The translations under genes were made by a program, and so were the position numbers. This document shows, piece by piece, positions 26,327-35,427 of a stretch of 61,506 bases of DNA. A model generated the notes under the pieces. It ran no database searches and was not told the origin of the DNA. It saw only the letters and a program-made list of their open reading frames with translations. The number at the start of each line of letters is the position of its first letter. Position 1 is the first letter of the stretch. The stretch is from a bacterium (GTDB lineage Bacteria; Patescibacteriota; Minisyncoccia; Phycocordibacterales; UBA5272): assembly GCA_043719155.1 (NCBI GenBank), contig JAYSUJ010000038.1, positions 1 through 61,506 on the forward strand, written 5' to 3'.

Positions 26327-27424
26327 CTACTTATTCCTTAAAGCAAGACCAAAACACTGTGCATATCTTTTCAACTCTTGTATATCAAAGCTTTCTGCTT
26401 CAAAATTACCCAAGTTTTCTTCATTTATAAAATCAACTTTTAGCTCTGCATCAAACTCGTCAATTATGGCTTTTTTAATTTTAGTAGATGGGTAAACACC
26501 AGAGATTATCAAATCCTTTATTTCTTGATCTTGTTTTTTTTCATATTCCAAAATATTCAAAGAAATCGACTTTGCAATCTTTGCATTTAATTTTTTAACA
26601 TACTGCTCCAAAATTTTATAACCTACACGTCCCGCGTCTTCAAGTTTAGATAAAGATTTTTTTAAAATTTCTATTTCAGAAAATTTTAAACCGAGGTCTA
26701 AAACAATCTCTTTGTTTATATCATTTTCGCCCATTTCAAGTTTTTTTACATCTTGGATAATCTGTCCATTGAGAAAAATTAAGCTAGTACTGCTTTTGCC
26801 TATTTGTAAAATAAGTCTGTTTTCTTTATCTCTTGGGACAATACGAGCTAAAGAAAAAACCTCAATTTCAAAATAAGGGTTTACACTAAATTTCGAGAAA
26901 AGATTTTTAAAATTTTCAAAAAGCATTTTTTGTATCCCAACACAAAAGAAACTTTTCTTTTCTTCATGTCTTGAACCCAAATCATTTTGAGCAAACAAGA
27001 CTTGTGAAAAATCCACAGGCAAAGTTTTCTTGATTTCTGCTAAAATCATTTTTTGAGTATCCGCCTCTTGCATACTTGGAACTTCAACGTTTTTAAAAAA
27101 TACTCCATCCGAAGGCAGAGACACATTTACCTCTTCTTTATTATCTATTTTCTCTCTTTTATTTGTTAAAACCTTTAGGAGTGATCCAAAGATATCCCTT
27201 ACAGGTTCACCTTCTTCCAAGTTTTCTACAGGGCCTAGGGCAACCTCTTCCCAACTAACTATTTTGTTTGGCGACACAAAAGTATCTATCTCTAGAAAAT
27301 TAATTCTAGTTTGGTCAATAGAAATAAACATTGTGGTTTTATGTTTCTTCTGATTTCCACTTTCGTCAACACTAGACGAGGTGTTACTAGCGGTTTTACT
27401 CACGATATCTGTAAGCCATGACAT
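26327..27424 (-). CDS. pilM: PilM-like actin-fold pilus assembly protein (start moved to internal Met MSWLTD)
   Basis: Size, operon position, and phosphate-loop-like strands (MFISIDQT, LILQIGKSSTS). A TATACT box lies 9 nt upstream of the internal ATG. Confidence 0.55.
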   Translation of the reverse strand: MSWLTDIVSKTASNTSSSVDESGNQKKHKTTMFISIDQTRINFLEIDTFVSPNKIVSWEEVALGPVENLEEGEPVRDIFGSLLKVLTNKREKIDNKEEVNVSLPSDGVFFKNVEVPSMQEADTQKMILAEIKKTLPVDFSQVLFAQNDLGSRHEEKKSFFCVGIQKMLFENFKNLFSKFSVNPYFEIEVFSLARIVPRDKENRLILQIGKSSTSLIFLNGQIIQDVKKLEMGENDINKEIVLDLGLKFSEIEILKKSLSKLEDAGRVGYKILEQYVKKLNAKIAKSISLNILEYEKKQDQEIKDLIISGVYPSTKIKKAIIDEFDAELKVDFINEENLGNFEAESFDIQELKRYAQCFGLALRNK

Positions 27425-27484
27425 ATGCAAAAAAGTATAACACTCATTTAAAAAGTAGCACCCTCTTCTCCACAAGAAAATATT

Positions 27485-27985
27485 TTATTTTTTTGATAAA
27501 GCCTGGCAAGCTACTCCATTTTTATCACCGTCCAGCCCATTGGTGTCACCTTTCACTCCACCAACATTGTCGTAAAAGGTTTGAGCTTCTATTTGTGTCT
27601 TAAAATCTGCACAATTATATTCGTCTGTTCCTTTAGCAATTTTGTTTCCTGCTTTTATTTCTTCTGCAGTTACAATATTACCAGTTTTATCTCGCAAAAC
27701 TTTCGAAGCTTTAAAATCACCTTTTGTATCTACAAGTTTTTTTAAGTCAAAATCATTGTTACTAGCCTCCAAGCCAAGAGCAGCACCCATAAGTCCAAAC
27801 AAACCTATCAAAACTTTTTTTTCTGTCGTATCTGGTTTAAGCTGAGCTTGCAGCTCACCCGTAGCGCCCTCTATTGTTCCCATATTACCAGTGTCTACAT
27901 TTCTAAAGTAGAGTACAGCAATCAACAACATTAAAAAGATGATAACCCCAAGTCGCACTTTTTTATTATTTCTTAAATTTTGCAT
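27485..27985 (-). CDS. Membrane-anchored protein with C-terminal Excalibur calcium-binding domain
   Basis: N-terminal TM helix and C-terminal GDTNGLDGDKNGVACQ (DxDxDGxxC Excalibur pattern). Confidence 0.6.
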   Translation of the reverse strand: MQNLRNNKKVRLGVIIFLMLLIAVLYFRNVDTGNMGTIEGATGELQAQLKPDTTEKKVLIGLFGLMGAALGLEASNNDFDLKKLVDTKGDFKASKVLRDKTGNIVTAEEIKAGNKIAKGTDEYNCADFKTQIEAQTFYDNVGGVKGDTNGLDGDKNGVACQALSKK

Positions 27986-28097
27986 ATTATATTTATTGTC
28001 TTAGTATAGTACTACTTTAATACTTTGCAAATCATTAAAGCGGAACAGAGCTTCATTCCGTCTTTAAATCCCCAAGAAACACGAAACTAATAAAAAT

Positions 28098-28123
28098 AGC
28101 CAAAATTTTATTTGGCTTTTTTT
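28098..28123. terminator. Hairpin (AGCCAAA-loop-TTTGGCT) with flanking T/A runs, downstream of tRNA-Asp
   Basis: 7-bp stem with T-rich flanks on both strands. Confidence 0.45.
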
Positions 28124-28132
28124 ATTTGTTTG

Positions 28133-28206
28133 CGGAGTTGACGGGATTTGAACCCGCGACCTCTCGCGTGACAGGCGAGTGCTCTAACCAGTTGAGCTAC
28201 AACTCC
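28133..28206 (-). tRNA. tRNA-Asp (GTC)
   Basis: Acceptor GGAGTTG/CAACTCC, anticodon arm CTCGC-CTGTCAC-GCGAG, T-arm GCGGG-TTCAAAT-CCCGT. CCA is not encoded. Confidence 0.85.
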
Positions 28207-28257
28207 ATAAATATTGCTATTTATATGCAATATTATAACACACAATTTATTTTTTTG

Positions 28258-28704
28258 CTAAATTTGACAGCCTGTTTTAGCTTTTAATTCTTCGATAGAC
28301 TTTTCTCCACTAATTATCTCTGTCCCAGTTGCTGTCATAAATTCCCACGTTGGGTACCCCTCTATTTTCTTTTCTTTACAAATTTCTGTTTGCCCTTTTT
28401 GGTCAGCAGTTGAACATTCTACATATGGTAAGTATTGTTTAGACTTTCCAAACAAAGCTTTTTGCTTTTGGCAATGAGAACACCAAAATGCCCCGTAAAA
28501 CTTTGCTCCTTTTTCAGTTAAACATTGAGCAAATTTGTCATACTCTCCCGGCTGACTTTGGTCATTGTACCAATATCCAAGCGCAATTACAGCTACAAGC
28601 CCAAAAACCGCTAAAATAGCATTTAAATTGTTATTTTTTTTCATACATAAATTATATACTAAAACTAGCAATTGTCTAGAAAAGAAACTAGTGTTATAAT
28701 ACAC
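28258..28704 (-). CDS. Thioredoxin-fold CxxC protein (VKOR-partner/DsbA-like), likely starting at the internal MKKNNN
   Basis: N-terminal TM helix, then GAFWCSHCQKQK (CxxC) and a second Cys pair. Confidence 0.6.
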   Translation of the reverse strand: MYYNTSFFSRQLLVLVYNLCMKKNNNLNAILAVFGLVAVIALGYWYNDQSQPGEYDKFAQCLTEKGAKFYGAFWCSHCQKQKALFGKSKQYLPYVECSTADQKGQTEICKEKKIEGYPTWEFMTATGTEIISGEKSIEELKAKTGCQI

Positions 28705-28714
28705 TTAAATAGAT

Positions 28715-29224
28715 ATGTCAAAGATTGTCACCAAAGGTCACGCTGCCCTTTCCAAAGTCGCAAGAGAAATCGCAACTAAAGAAATTGGTAGCCCTGAACT
28801 AAACAAAATAATAGAAACCATGCGCACAGAGCTAGCTTCACAAAGTGACGGAGTGGCCATTGCCGCCCCTCAAGTTGGCGAGTCACTTCGACTGTTTGTT
28901 GTGTCTCCTTTAGCCTTTCATAAAAATACCAAACATTTTCAAACAGTATACATCAATCCAAAAATTTTAAAAAAATCTAGAGATACCGAGTTTATGCTAG
29001 AAGGCTGTTTGTCTGTGCGCTGGCTTTACGGTGAAGTAGAGAGGTCAAAACAAGTTTTACTTGAAAGTTTAGACGAATTTGGCAAAAGACATGTACGTGG
29101 GGGAAGTGGCCTAATGGCCCAAATTTTTCAACACGAAACAGACCATCTAGATGGCATCTTGTTTGATTCTAAGGCAGAAGATTTACGTGACATGCCACCA
29201 GAGGATTTAAAAACGCAAAAATAG
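28715..29224 (+). CDS. def: Peptide deformylase
   Basis: The EGCLS and QHETDHL motifs are present; the first (GxGxAAxQ-type) box appears as GVAIAAPQVG. Confidence 0.9.
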   Translation: MSKIVTKGHAALSKVAREIATKEIGSPELNKIIETMRTELASQSDGVAIAAPQVGESLRLFVVSPLAFHKNTKHFQTVYINPKILKKSRDTEFMLEGCLSVRWLYGEVERSKQVLLESLDEFGKRHVRGGSGLMAQIFQHETDHLDGILFDSKAEDLRDMPPEDLKTQK

Positions 29225-29240
29225 CTTACTTATAAGCAAG

Positions 29241-29705
29241 CTACATGTCAGTTAAATGATCACCAGTTTTTTTAAACTGCTCAATATCCGACATTAATTG
29301 TACAGCTCTTTTATTTAGAGTTCGCAGACTTTCAGATATTTTTTTTAAGTCCTTATCTTTATTTTCTAATGGGAAATTTTTCATGTCTACTGTTAGAGAT
29401 TCCCATTTTGTCAGAAGTGCTGAGTGCGACGCCAACATCCTTGCTTCAAGTCCATAATTATTTTTTATATCCTTAAAGTTTGTATCAATAATTTTCATAT
29501 TTAATGAAAGTTTATCCAGATCTACTTTAAGTGCCGGATCTCCGCCTAGTTGTGGCACTGCGGTCAAAAACTTTTCATAAACATCAAACGCTATTAAACC
29601 AGCTGAAATAGTTGCTGCAAACACAAATCCACGTTTCGACGTATCTACAGGTTCTGTTGGTTTCTGACCAAACATCTTTCTTGTTTTTAAAAATTCAAAT
29701 GCCAT
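29241..29705 (-). CDS. Hypothetical membrane-anchored coiled-coil protein
   Basis: ORF only, with one hydrophobic segment. Confidence 0.4.
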   Translation of the reverse strand: MAFEFLKTRKMFGQKPTEPVDTSKRGFVFAATISAGLIAFDVYEKFLTAVPQLGGDPALKVDLDKLSLNMKIIDTNFKDIKNNYGLEARMLASHSALLTKWESLTVDMKNFPLENKDKDLKKISESLRTLNKRAVQLMSDIEQFKKTGDHLTDM

Positions 29706-29736
29706 ATTTTTGTAGTATAATACTTAAAGAAAAATT

Positions 29737-30684
29737 ATGCAAACAGATAGTAAGAAAATTCGAATAGCTTTTTTTGGTACCCCAGATTTTACTGTAGAGT
29801 TTCTAGAATTATTTAAATTGCAAGAACAGAGACTTAATTTTGAAATTGCACTTGTGGTAACTGGCGAAGACAAACCCTTTGGCAGAGGTATGCAGCTAAA
29901 AAGCCCTGTCCCAAAAATTTGGGGGGATTTAAACAAAATTAAAGTTTTGCAGCCTGAAAAACTAAACTCGATAGAAAGTGAACTTATAGATTTTGACTTA
30001 TTTATAGTAATTGCCTATGGGAAAATAATACCTGAAAAAATAATTAATTTGCCAAAATTTGGAACTATAAATTTACATTATTCCCTACTTCCAAAGTGGC
30101 GTGGGGCCAGCCCAGTAGAGTCAGCCATTTTAAACAATGAAAAAGTAACCGGCATCACCATACAACAAATGGTTTACAAACTAGATGCGGGCAATATCTT
30201 ATTCCAAGAAGAAATGCAGGTTTTAGATACAGAAACAACTACAGAGTTAAGAAATAAGTTAAACAACAAAGCACGAGATATTTTCCCTGAGTTTTTGAAC
30301 AAGTTATTTTCTACCTCACCCAGCTCAGGTTCCCTGACCTTACAAAGGAGAGGTGAACTAGGGCAAGTGCAAGATGAAAGCCTGGCGACTAAATGTGGCA
30401 AATTTAGCAAACAAGATTTTAACATCACAGAAGATTTAGTGGAAAGAAATTTGGAGAAAATATATAGAAAGTATAAGGCTTTTGACAGGAAGATTTATTT
30501 TTTGTATAGAAGAACCCTACCTCACCCAGCCTCTCCTTACAAAGGAGAGGAGAGAGTGCGAATTAAAATTACCAGCATGACAAGAGATGAAGATGGTGAA
30601 ATTAAAATTTTGAGAGTCTTACCAGAAAGTAAAAAGGAAATTAGTTTGAAAGAATTTGAAAAAGCATTTGGAAAAATATTTTAA
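29737..30684 (+). CDS. fmt: Methionyl-tRNA formyltransferase (with two in-frame repeat insertions)
   Basis: FFGTPDF N-terminus, NLHYSLLPKWRGASP, and a C-terminal domain with VQDESLATKCGKFSKQD. Confidence 0.9.
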   Translation: MQTDSKKIRIAFFGTPDFTVEFLELFKLQEQRLNFEIALVVTGEDKPFGRGMQLKSPVPKIWGDLNKIKVLQPEKLNSIESELIDFDLFIVIAYGKIIPEKIINLPKFGTINLHYSLLPKWRGASPVESAILNNEKVTGITIQQMVYKLDAGNILFQEEMQVLDTETTTELRNKLNNKARDIFPEFLNKLFSTSPSSGSLTLQRRGELGQVQDESLATKCGKFSKQDFNITEDLVERNLEKIYRKYKAFDRKIYFLYRRTLPHPASPYKGEERVRIKITSMTRDEDGEIKILRVLPESKKEISLKEFEKAFGKIF

Positions 30685-30694
30685 AACAAAAAAA

Positions 30695-30721
30695 CTCTTG
30701 CAATATTGCAAGAGTTTTTTT
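30695..30721. terminator. Bidirectional terminator between fmt and secF (CTCTTGCAAT/ATTGCAAGAG palindrome flanked by A- and T-runs)
   Basis: Perfect 10-nt arms with a T-run on each strand. Confidence 0.75.
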
Positions 30722-30727
30722 GTTTTT

Positions 30728-31726
30728 TTATTTATTCTTCCAATATTTAGCAGTGTAAACTAAAAGTGGTGACGCTACGAATATAGAAGAGTAAGTTCCT
30801 ACAAACATACCAATAGTCAATGTAAGTGCAAAATACTTTGTTGAATCTGGACCAAAAAATACTAAAGCAAGTAAAACAATCATGACAGCAAGGGATGTAG
30901 ATACAGACCTAACAAAAGTTTCATTGATACTTTGTCCTACTATTTTCTCAAACTCAACATTCTTTGAAGATTTTTTAAGATTTTCACGAATTCTGTCAAA
31001 CACTACAATTGTATCTGAAATGGAAATACCCAGTACAGTAAGTATGGCGACAATGAACAGTGCGTCTATCTGTACCCCATACCAGTGACCCAAGAGAGCG
31101 AAAACACCAGTTGGAATCACGATGTCGTGGATAAGTGTAGTGATGGTAATAAGTCCGTATTTGAATGAAGAAACTGGGTGGGAAACACCCCTAAAAGAGA
31201 ACCAAACAAAGAGGATAATAGCCAACACCACTAATACAATCCCCCAGATAGCACTCTTTACAATTTCCGAACTTACTGTCGGACCCGTCATGGAAAAGCT
31301 TTTCACATCAACTGTAGTAGAGGCGTTAACCTTCAAAGCAGCAGTTAGTTTTTCATAATCAGATTCTTTTAAATCTCGAAGATAAGCTTCGTAAGTGGAG
31401 GACCCCACATCATTAAGTTTTACCTCACCAAAATTTGTAGTTAAAGAGTTGAGAATTTGAGCTTGGGTAGGAGTTTCAGCCTTGAAAGTACTTTTGTTTC
31501 TACCAAAATATTTGTCATTTCTAAACTTCCACAAGTCTTTTGGTAAAACAGTTGCTTCATCCGGGTAGCCTGTGTAGTTGGCACCGTCAACTGAAAAGAC
31601 AACTTTTGCCCCACCAGTAAAGTCTATACTTTTTTTCAATCCATAATTAAATACGGAAAGAAGTGACAGCAACACCACTAGTAACGATAGTCCGAGAAAG
31701 AAATTTTTATATTTTAAGATAAACAT
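30728..31726 (-). CDS. secF: Protein translocase subunit SecF
   Basis: Six-TM SecF topology, DTIVVFDRIREN motif, adjacent to secD. Confidence 0.9.
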   Translation of the reverse strand: MFILKYKNFFLGLSLLVVLLSLLSVFNYGLKKSIDFTGGAKVVFSVDGANYTGYPDEATVLPKDLWKFRNDKYFGRNKSTFKAETPTQAQILNSLTTNFGEVKLNDVGSSTYEAYLRDLKESDYEKLTAALKVNASTTVDVKSFSMTGPTVSSEIVKSAIWGIVLVVLAIILFVWFSFRGVSHPVSSFKYGLITITTLIHDIVIPTGVFALLGHWYGVQIDALFIVAILTVLGISISDTIVVFDRIRENLKKSSKNVEFEKIVGQSINETFVRSVSTSLAVMIVLLALVFFGPDSTKYFALTLTIGMFVGTYSSIFVASPLLVYTAKYWKNK

Positions 31727-31758
31727 ATATTTAGATATTTTAGTATTTCAAATTATTT

Positions 31759-33207
31759 TTAAAATGGTGATTTGAAAAGGAACTTTGCATACTTACTATT
31801 TCCGACTAGTAGTAAAACCATTTGTAATACCCTTCTGGTGATAAATACTGAGGCGAACATAGAAACCGAAACTCCAATCATCAAAGTCAAGGCGAAGCCT
31901 TTTACAACAGATGTCCCTATCATAAACAAAATAACAGACACAATTAAAGATGCCAAGTTTGAGTCTCGAATAGATGTCCAAGCTCTGCCGAAAGCCTCTT
32001 CAATAGCGTCATGGATATTTTTACCTCTGTTCAGCTCTTCTTTTAATCTTTCAAAAATCAAGATATTTCCGTCTACTGCCAGACCCATTGAGATAATAAA
32101 CCCTGCAATAGCTGCAGCCGACAAAGTTACAGGGATAAGTTTGTAAATAGAAAGAACTATAACCATGTATGAAACAAGGGAGAATACCCCGACCAAGCCA
32201 GAAAGCCTGTACCAAACTATTAGCAAAATAGCAATGATAAGGAAACCGTAGAAGGCCGCCATCAGACCTGCATCTAGGGCTTTCGCTCCTAAAATCGGTT
32301 GTATAACCTCACTAGAAGCAATAGCAATTGGCACAGGCAAGGCCCCAGTTTTAAGTCTTGTAGCCAGGGTTTTAGCCTCTGTCCTGTCACCGATTCCAGT
32401 TATAACAGCTTTTCCGTCTGTAATAGCCGACTGGATATTTGGAGCTGAGATCATTGCCCCGTCCAAAACTATACCCAGCCTTTTACCGATATTTTCTCCA
32501 GTAGTTTTAGCAAACAATTCTTTTCCTTGGTCATTCCACTCTATAGAAACTTGCGGGTTTCCTGTTGTTCCATCAAAAACTAGTTGGGCATTTTTCAAAA
32601 GTCTACCATCCAAACCAATTCTTTTAAATTTCTCATCTTCAAAAAGAAGAGGGGTAATTGTCGGCGTTTTACCAAGTTTTATTTGTTCTTGATATGCCTT
32701 TTTTGCAGCCACTATCGCCAAAGTTTCAGTGGAAGAGGCATCTCTTTCCAAAACAAATTCTAATGTTGGAGTTTGCCCTATTAGTTTCAAAGCTTGGTTT
32801 ACATCTGTAAGACCTGGAAGTTCTACCAACATTTTACTTTCTTTACTCAAAACCGAGTTTTCTATTTGCACTACTGGTTCTGAAACTCCAAAAGAGTTTA
32901 CTCGCCTCTCTACTACGTCTCGCAGCACAGTTAATGATTCTGCACCTTCTGTTCCGGGTAAATTTTTAGTATCAGCTAAATAAGTTAGTCTGACACCACT
33001 AGATAAATCTAGCCCAAGGCGAAAAGGATAGGCTTTTAACATTTCTATACTTGATGAAGTTGTAGAAGCCAAAACTGGATACTGATTTAATTTATTATTT
33101 ACTTTAGTAAAAATTTCAGGTTGTGAAAAAGTTACAAACCACGCACCAACAAAAAACGGCAGTACGGCAATGAGTCTGTAAACCCAAGTTTTTTGATCTG
33201 TTGTCAT
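31759..33207 (-). CDS. secD: Protein translocase subunit SecD
   Basis: Periplasmic-domain motifs (LGLDLSSG, IVLDGAMISAPNI) and a C-terminal six-TM bundle with DGNILIFERLKEE. Confidence 0.9.
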   Translation of the reverse strand: MTTDQKTWVYRLIAVLPFFVGAWFVTFSQPEIFTKVNNKLNQYPVLASTTSSSIEMLKAYPFRLGLDLSSGVRLTYLADTKNLPGTEGAESLTVLRDVVERRVNSFGVSEPVVQIENSVLSKESKMLVELPGLTDVNQALKLIGQTPTLEFVLERDASSTETLAIVAAKKAYQEQIKLGKTPTITPLLFEDEKFKRIGLDGRLLKNAQLVFDGTTGNPQVSIEWNDQGKELFAKTTGENIGKRLGIVLDGAMISAPNIQSAITDGKAVITGIGDRTEAKTLATRLKTGALPVPIAIASSEVIQPILGAKALDAGLMAAFYGFLIIAILLIVWYRLSGLVGVFSLVSYMVIVLSIYKLIPVTLSAAAIAGFIISMGLAVDGNILIFERLKEELNRGKNIHDAIEEAFGRAWTSIRDSNLASLIVSVILFMIGTSVVKGFALTLMIGVSVSMFASVFITRRVLQMVLLLVGNSKYAKFLFKSPF

Positions 33208-33265
33208 ATTTATTTTTAATTCCTGTATTTTAGCAAAAATTACAGTTTAAATAAACTTGACAAAG

Positions 33266-34069
33266 CTAATACAAATTGTCTAAAGTTACGAACTCATAGC
33301 CATTTTCTTTAAGTTTTAAAATTAAGTCTTCTAAAATAAGCTCGGTGTTTGCATCTGTTATTTTTTTACTCTCTGTACCAGAGTAAGTACTTTTCCCGTC
33401 ATGCAACAATATAACTGAGTTATTTAAAACACTGCTTAAAATATTTTTTTCGATTTTGTCACCATTACTTTTTACGTCCCAGTCTTTTGGGTCAATATCC
33501 CAGAGTATGACTTCATACCCTGCTTCACGTAAAACTCTTTCCATTTTAAAACTCACTATACCATATGGTGGTCTGAAAAGTTTTGTATTGTATTTGGTAA
33601 AGTTTTTCTGACCCAAGGCCACCTCAATTACTTTTTCAGTCTTTAAAACGTCGGCCAACATGTCATCACTTTTCATTTTTGCCAAGTTTTTAGAGTGGCT
33701 ATAGCTGTGATTGCCTATTTGATTTCCACTTTCAAAAACTTTTTTAAGGACGTCTGGTCTTTCTTCTACATACTTACCTACTACAAAGAAAGTTGCAACA
33801 ACATTTTGCCTTTTTAATATTTCTAAGATATCCAAAGTTTTATCGCTTGGACCATCATCAAAAGTAAGGGCAATTTTTTTCTTTGAGCTGCTCCCATTTT
33901 CAGCTACAATATCAGAAAGTTTTGAGGATATGTCCATCTCGCTTTTTTTAATATAGAAATTAAAAGGCATTTTTGCATAAGCAAAACAGAGGCTTAAAAC
34001 CAAGAAAATTAACAGAAAAGACCAGAACGACTTGAGCCGAATAATTTTTCTTACAAATGTCAATTTCAT
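33266..34069 (-). CDS. Polysaccharide deacetylase (NodB homology domain), membrane anchored
   Basis: ALTFDDGP, NHSYSH, LFRPPYG motifs. Confidence 0.8.
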   Translation of the reverse strand: MKLTFVRKIIRLKSFWSFLLIFLVLSLCFAYAKMPFNFYIKKSEMDISSKLSDIVAENGSSSKKKIALTFDDGPSDKTLDILEILKRQNVVATFFVVGKYVEERPDVLKKVFESGNQIGNHSYSHSKNLAKMKSDDMLADVLKTEKVIEVALGQKNFTKYNTKLFRPPYGIVSFKMERVLREAGYEVILWDIDPKDWDVKSNGDKIEKNILSSVLNNSVILLHDGKSTYSGTESKKITDANTELILEDLILKLKENGYEFVTLDNLY

Positions 34070-34093
34070 TTAAAATAGAGTCTATCTTAGAAT

Positions 34094-34122
34094 TTGCGAA
34101 AAACAAACTTTAAAGGTATAAT
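34094..34122 (+). promoter_or_regulatory. Sigma70-type promoter for tRNA-Asn (TTGCGA-17 nt-TATAAT)
   Basis: Consensus-like boxes about 25 nt upstream of the tRNA 5' end. Confidence 0.45.
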
Positions 34123-34147
34123 ATTCTCTGTTAAAAACCTCCAGCGT

Positions 34148-34220
34148 TCTGCGGTAGCTCAGCTGGTAGAGCAACTGGCTGTTAACCAGTGGGTCCTAGG
34201 TTCGAATCCTAGCCGCAGAG
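34148..34220 (+). tRNA. tRNA-Asn (GTT)
   Basis: Acceptor TCTGCGG/CCGCAGA, anticodon arm ACTGG-CTGTTAA-CCAGT, T-arm CTAGG-TTCGAAT-CCTAG. Confidence 0.85.
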
Positions 34221-34247
34221 CATTGTAGGTTTTTTTCTTTAGTTTTT

Positions 34248-35213
34248 TTAAAGTTCTTTTATTAAATTACAAATCATCTCACCTACACTCACCACCACTA
34301 TTTTATTTCGTGTTTTTTCCGCTTCGCTTTTTTGCTTTTTTTCAATCGTGTTGGTAATAAATATTTTTTCCAAAACCGAGTCATTTATTTTTTGCTCTGC
34401 GTCATGAGAAAAGATAGCATGAGTAACCACTGCGAAAACCCTTGTTGCACCTTGTTCTTTTAAAAGTTTTGCCGACTGGACAATAGTTTCGCAGGTGTCT
34501 GCCATGTCGTCGACAATAAAAACTATTTTACCTTTCACTTCACCCACTAAACGCATACTTGAAATATGATTGGCTTTTAACCTGCTTTTGGAAACTATAG
34601 CCAGCTCCGAATGTCCCAACAGACTCATGGAGAAATTTCTAGCATTGTTTGCAGCTCCAGTGTCGGGGGCTACAACAATTATTTCATCTTTTTTTATTTC
34701 GGCATGAAAGTTCTTTTTTAAAAAATCTGTAAACATAGACACAGAGTTCAAGTGGTCGACAATAGTAGTTGAAAAAAAACCTTCTATCGCCTTAGAGTGC
34801 AGGTCTATAGTCACTATCCTGTCTACACCGAGAGTCTCTAAAATTGTGGCAAAAACTTTGGTAGAAATAGCTGTGCCGGGCTCGGAAAGCCTTTCTTGGC
34901 GAGAATAGCCAAAATAAGGGATAACAGCAACGATCTCCTCTGCCGAGGCTCGCCTAGCTGCGTCCACTGCCAAGGTCAATTTGGTAAAACTCGAGTCTGG
35001 TTGATGGGTGGATTGCAAAAGGAAAACTTTTTTTCCCCTACAGTCTTCTTCCAACTTTAAGTTGATCTCGCCATCTGCAAAGTTATTTATATTTATTTTC
35101 CCAAGCTTGGTTTTTAATTTTTTTGCAACTTCCAAAGCCAAAGACGGGTTATTGCCGAGGCTAAAGATTATATTTTCATTTTCTGTTTTTTTCTGAATTT
35201 TTCTTTGATACAT
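34248..35213 (-). CDS. prs: Ribose-phosphate pyrophosphokinase
   Basis: YFGYSRQER, VVAPDTGAANNAR, and the PRPP loop IVDDMADTCET. Confidence 0.9.
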   Translation of the reverse strand: MYQRKIQKKTENENIIFSLGNNPSLALEVAKKLKTKLGKININNFADGEINLKLEEDCRGKKVFLLQSTHQPDSSFTKLTLAVDAARRASAEEIVAVIPYFGYSRQERLSEPGTAISTKVFATILETLGVDRIVTIDLHSKAIEGFFSTTIVDHLNSVSMFTDFLKKNFHAEIKKDEIIVVAPDTGAANNARNFSMSLLGHSELAIVSKSRLKANHISSMRLVGEVKGKIVFIVDDMADTCETIVQSAKLLKEQGATRVFAVVTHAIFSHDAEQKINDSVLEKIFITNTIEKKQKSEAEKTRNKIVVVSVGEMICNLIKEL

Positions 35214-35329
35214 AAAACTTTTTTATCCTAATTTTTTTATACTTGATAACACCTTCATAACTATCATATTTATTAAATATAATAACATTTTTCAGACTTT
35301 TCTTTCCGTAAAATTTTAGAACTCTCCGT

Positions 35330-35425
35330 TTTGAGCTACCTGTGCGCTCACCTTGGTCCAGCTGCATCTCCCCAACCATCTAGACTACATTCTTCTTATA
35401 TATTGGAAACTTTCAATAAATACTC
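35330..35425 (-). pseudogene. Remnant of an FkbM-type methyltransferase 3' end
   Basis: About 80 nt resemble 36730-36810, roughly 70 percent identical by eye. It translates to EEYLL...KKNVV*MVGEMQLDQ, against AEEYLLQDAEYVKKNVVQVVGEMHPDL in the intact gene, with a frameshift and a stop. Confidence 0.5.
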
Positions 35426-35427
35426 CT

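Noticed and set aside
35176-35379. Track ORF 35176..35379(-) as a real 67-aa gene
   Set aside because: Its N-terminus (MVGEMQLDQ) is the decayed tail of an FkbM methyltransferase remnant. The rest runs antisense-adjacent into the prs start region and has a low-complexity Lys-rich composition.
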